From Hemiscyllium ocellatum (taxonomy: Eukaryota), in assembly GCF_020745735.1 (NCBI RefSeq), contig NC_083411.1:13351263-13415262 (forward strand): 64,000 bases of DNA, given 5' to 3'. This document shows, piece by piece, positions 62,930 to 64,000 of the stretch (positions are counted from its first letter, which is position 1; the number at the start of each line of letters is the position of its first letter). Under the pieces are notes generated by a model. That model saw nothing but the letters and a program-made list of their open reading frames with translations, was not told the DNA's origin and made no database searches. The translations under genes were made by a program, and so were the position numbers.

Positions 62930-63480
62930 AAACGTAAGAACTAGGAGCAGGATAAAACAATTCATTCCCTCAGGCATGCTCCACCATTTTAATATGACCA
63001 TGGCCGATCACCAGTTAGCCTCAACTGCACTTCCCTGCCCACTCTCTCAAACACTTTATCCCATTACTATTTAAAAGTGACTCCATCTCCTCCTTACGTT
63101 TATTCAGAGTCCTGGCATGCACCAGACTCTAGGGGAGTGAATTCCACAGACTCATGACCCTTTAAAAGTAGTAATTTCTTTCCCCATCTCTGTTTTAAAT
63201 CTGCTACCCGTTATCCGAAAACTGTGACCTCTCATTTTAGATTGTCCCACATCCACTTTATGTCTGTTTCGTCAATCCACTTTAGCAACCTCGAGTGAAT
63301 CTTCTCCCATTCTTTTAAAACTCTGATGAGTAGAGGGCTGAACTGCTCAATCATTCCTCATAAGACAACGCTTTTATCTCTGGAATTAATTGAGTGAACC
63401 TTCTTTGACCTGCTTCCAATGCAGTTGCATCCTTTCTCAAGAAAGGGGACCTAAACTGCACTCAGTACTCCAGATGTAGT
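62930..63480 (-). mobile_element. CR1 3' fragment
   Basis: Tail TAAGAACTAGGAGCAGG and a reverse-strand HLEY-VQF remnant. Confidence 0.75.
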
Positions 63481-63920
63481 TTGACGTTTTGCTTCCAACT
63501 TTGTTGCCATTTTGTATCTAAGAACAAAAAAAAGTGTTAGAAACGGGAGTTTGTCTCTAAATGTCTTTTGAGGAGCCTTCAACATTTAATTAGGGACTAT
63601 TATAGATTGATTTAAATGGAAGCTTGATAAGTACATAAGGCAGAAATATTTAAGGGGGATATTGATGTGGTTAGATGATAAAGGATGGGAGGATATTTGC
63701 ATGAAATTAAGTAAATGCATATTGTACTGATTGAGCTAATACTGTGCTGTATAACATGTAATTCTACTAAATAAATTAGGTCTGCACCTCATCTTTTTAA
63801 ACTAAGTAATCAATGGAAAGTAACCTTGATGGTAATTTGCCAACACATCAATAATATTTCAATAGTGAAATTTCACAAGGCATTTCTTTCCATCCACTTC
63901 TTTACCAGCTGCAAAGTTTA

Positions 63921-64000
63921 GGGCAGCACAGTGGCTCAGTGGTTAGCATTGCTGCCACACAGCGCCAGAGACCCAGGTTTGATTCCAGCCTTGGGCAAAT
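63921..64000 (+). mobile_element. HE1-like V-SINE head (cut off by the window end)
   Basis: GGGCAGCACAGTGGCTCAGTGGTTAGC...GGTTTGATTCC. Confidence 0.85.

Noticed and set aside
63921-64000. tRNA genes at SINE heads
   Set aside because: The A/B boxes run straight into the V-SINE body in all complete copies; no independent cloverleaf or terminator is seen.

Overview
This is vertebrate genomic DNA, almost certainly from a shark or other elasmobranch (inferred from HE1 V-SINEs, CR1 LINEs and DeuSINE-like repeats). The only host coding sequence is two consecutive + strand exons of an IL1RAPL-family synaptic receptor gene, best matching IL1RAPL2: 16117-16396 (280 nt) and 62279-62465 (187 nt). They are joined in frame by a 45,882-nt GT-AG intron. 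The rest is intronic and packed with CR1, L2/CR1-like, RTE, Rex1 and Tx1 LINE fragments, SINEs, solo LTRs, a Gmr1-like Gypsy remnant, a pogo/Tigger-type MITE and Penelope-like elements (PLEs). Three observations stand out. (1) At least four PLE-related families carry minimal type-I hammerhead ribozymes (CUGANGA-N-stemII-GAA-palindrome-H) with covarying stems. Some sit next to GIY-YIG ORF remnants, others in short head-to-head palindromic mini-elements, and one intact copy is in the sense strand of the host pre-mRNA. (2) About 7 truncated Tx1 3' ends are stacked at one recurring target (CCTGTTTAT), which is the putative TATA box of a solo LTR. (3) A 248-bp segment has been copied from 3.8 kb away and is flanked by a 16-bp direct repeat. 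Most ORFs in the supplied track are TE fragments or chance ORFs. Family names come from motif recognition without database searches, and TE boundaries are approximate unless a TSD is quoted.
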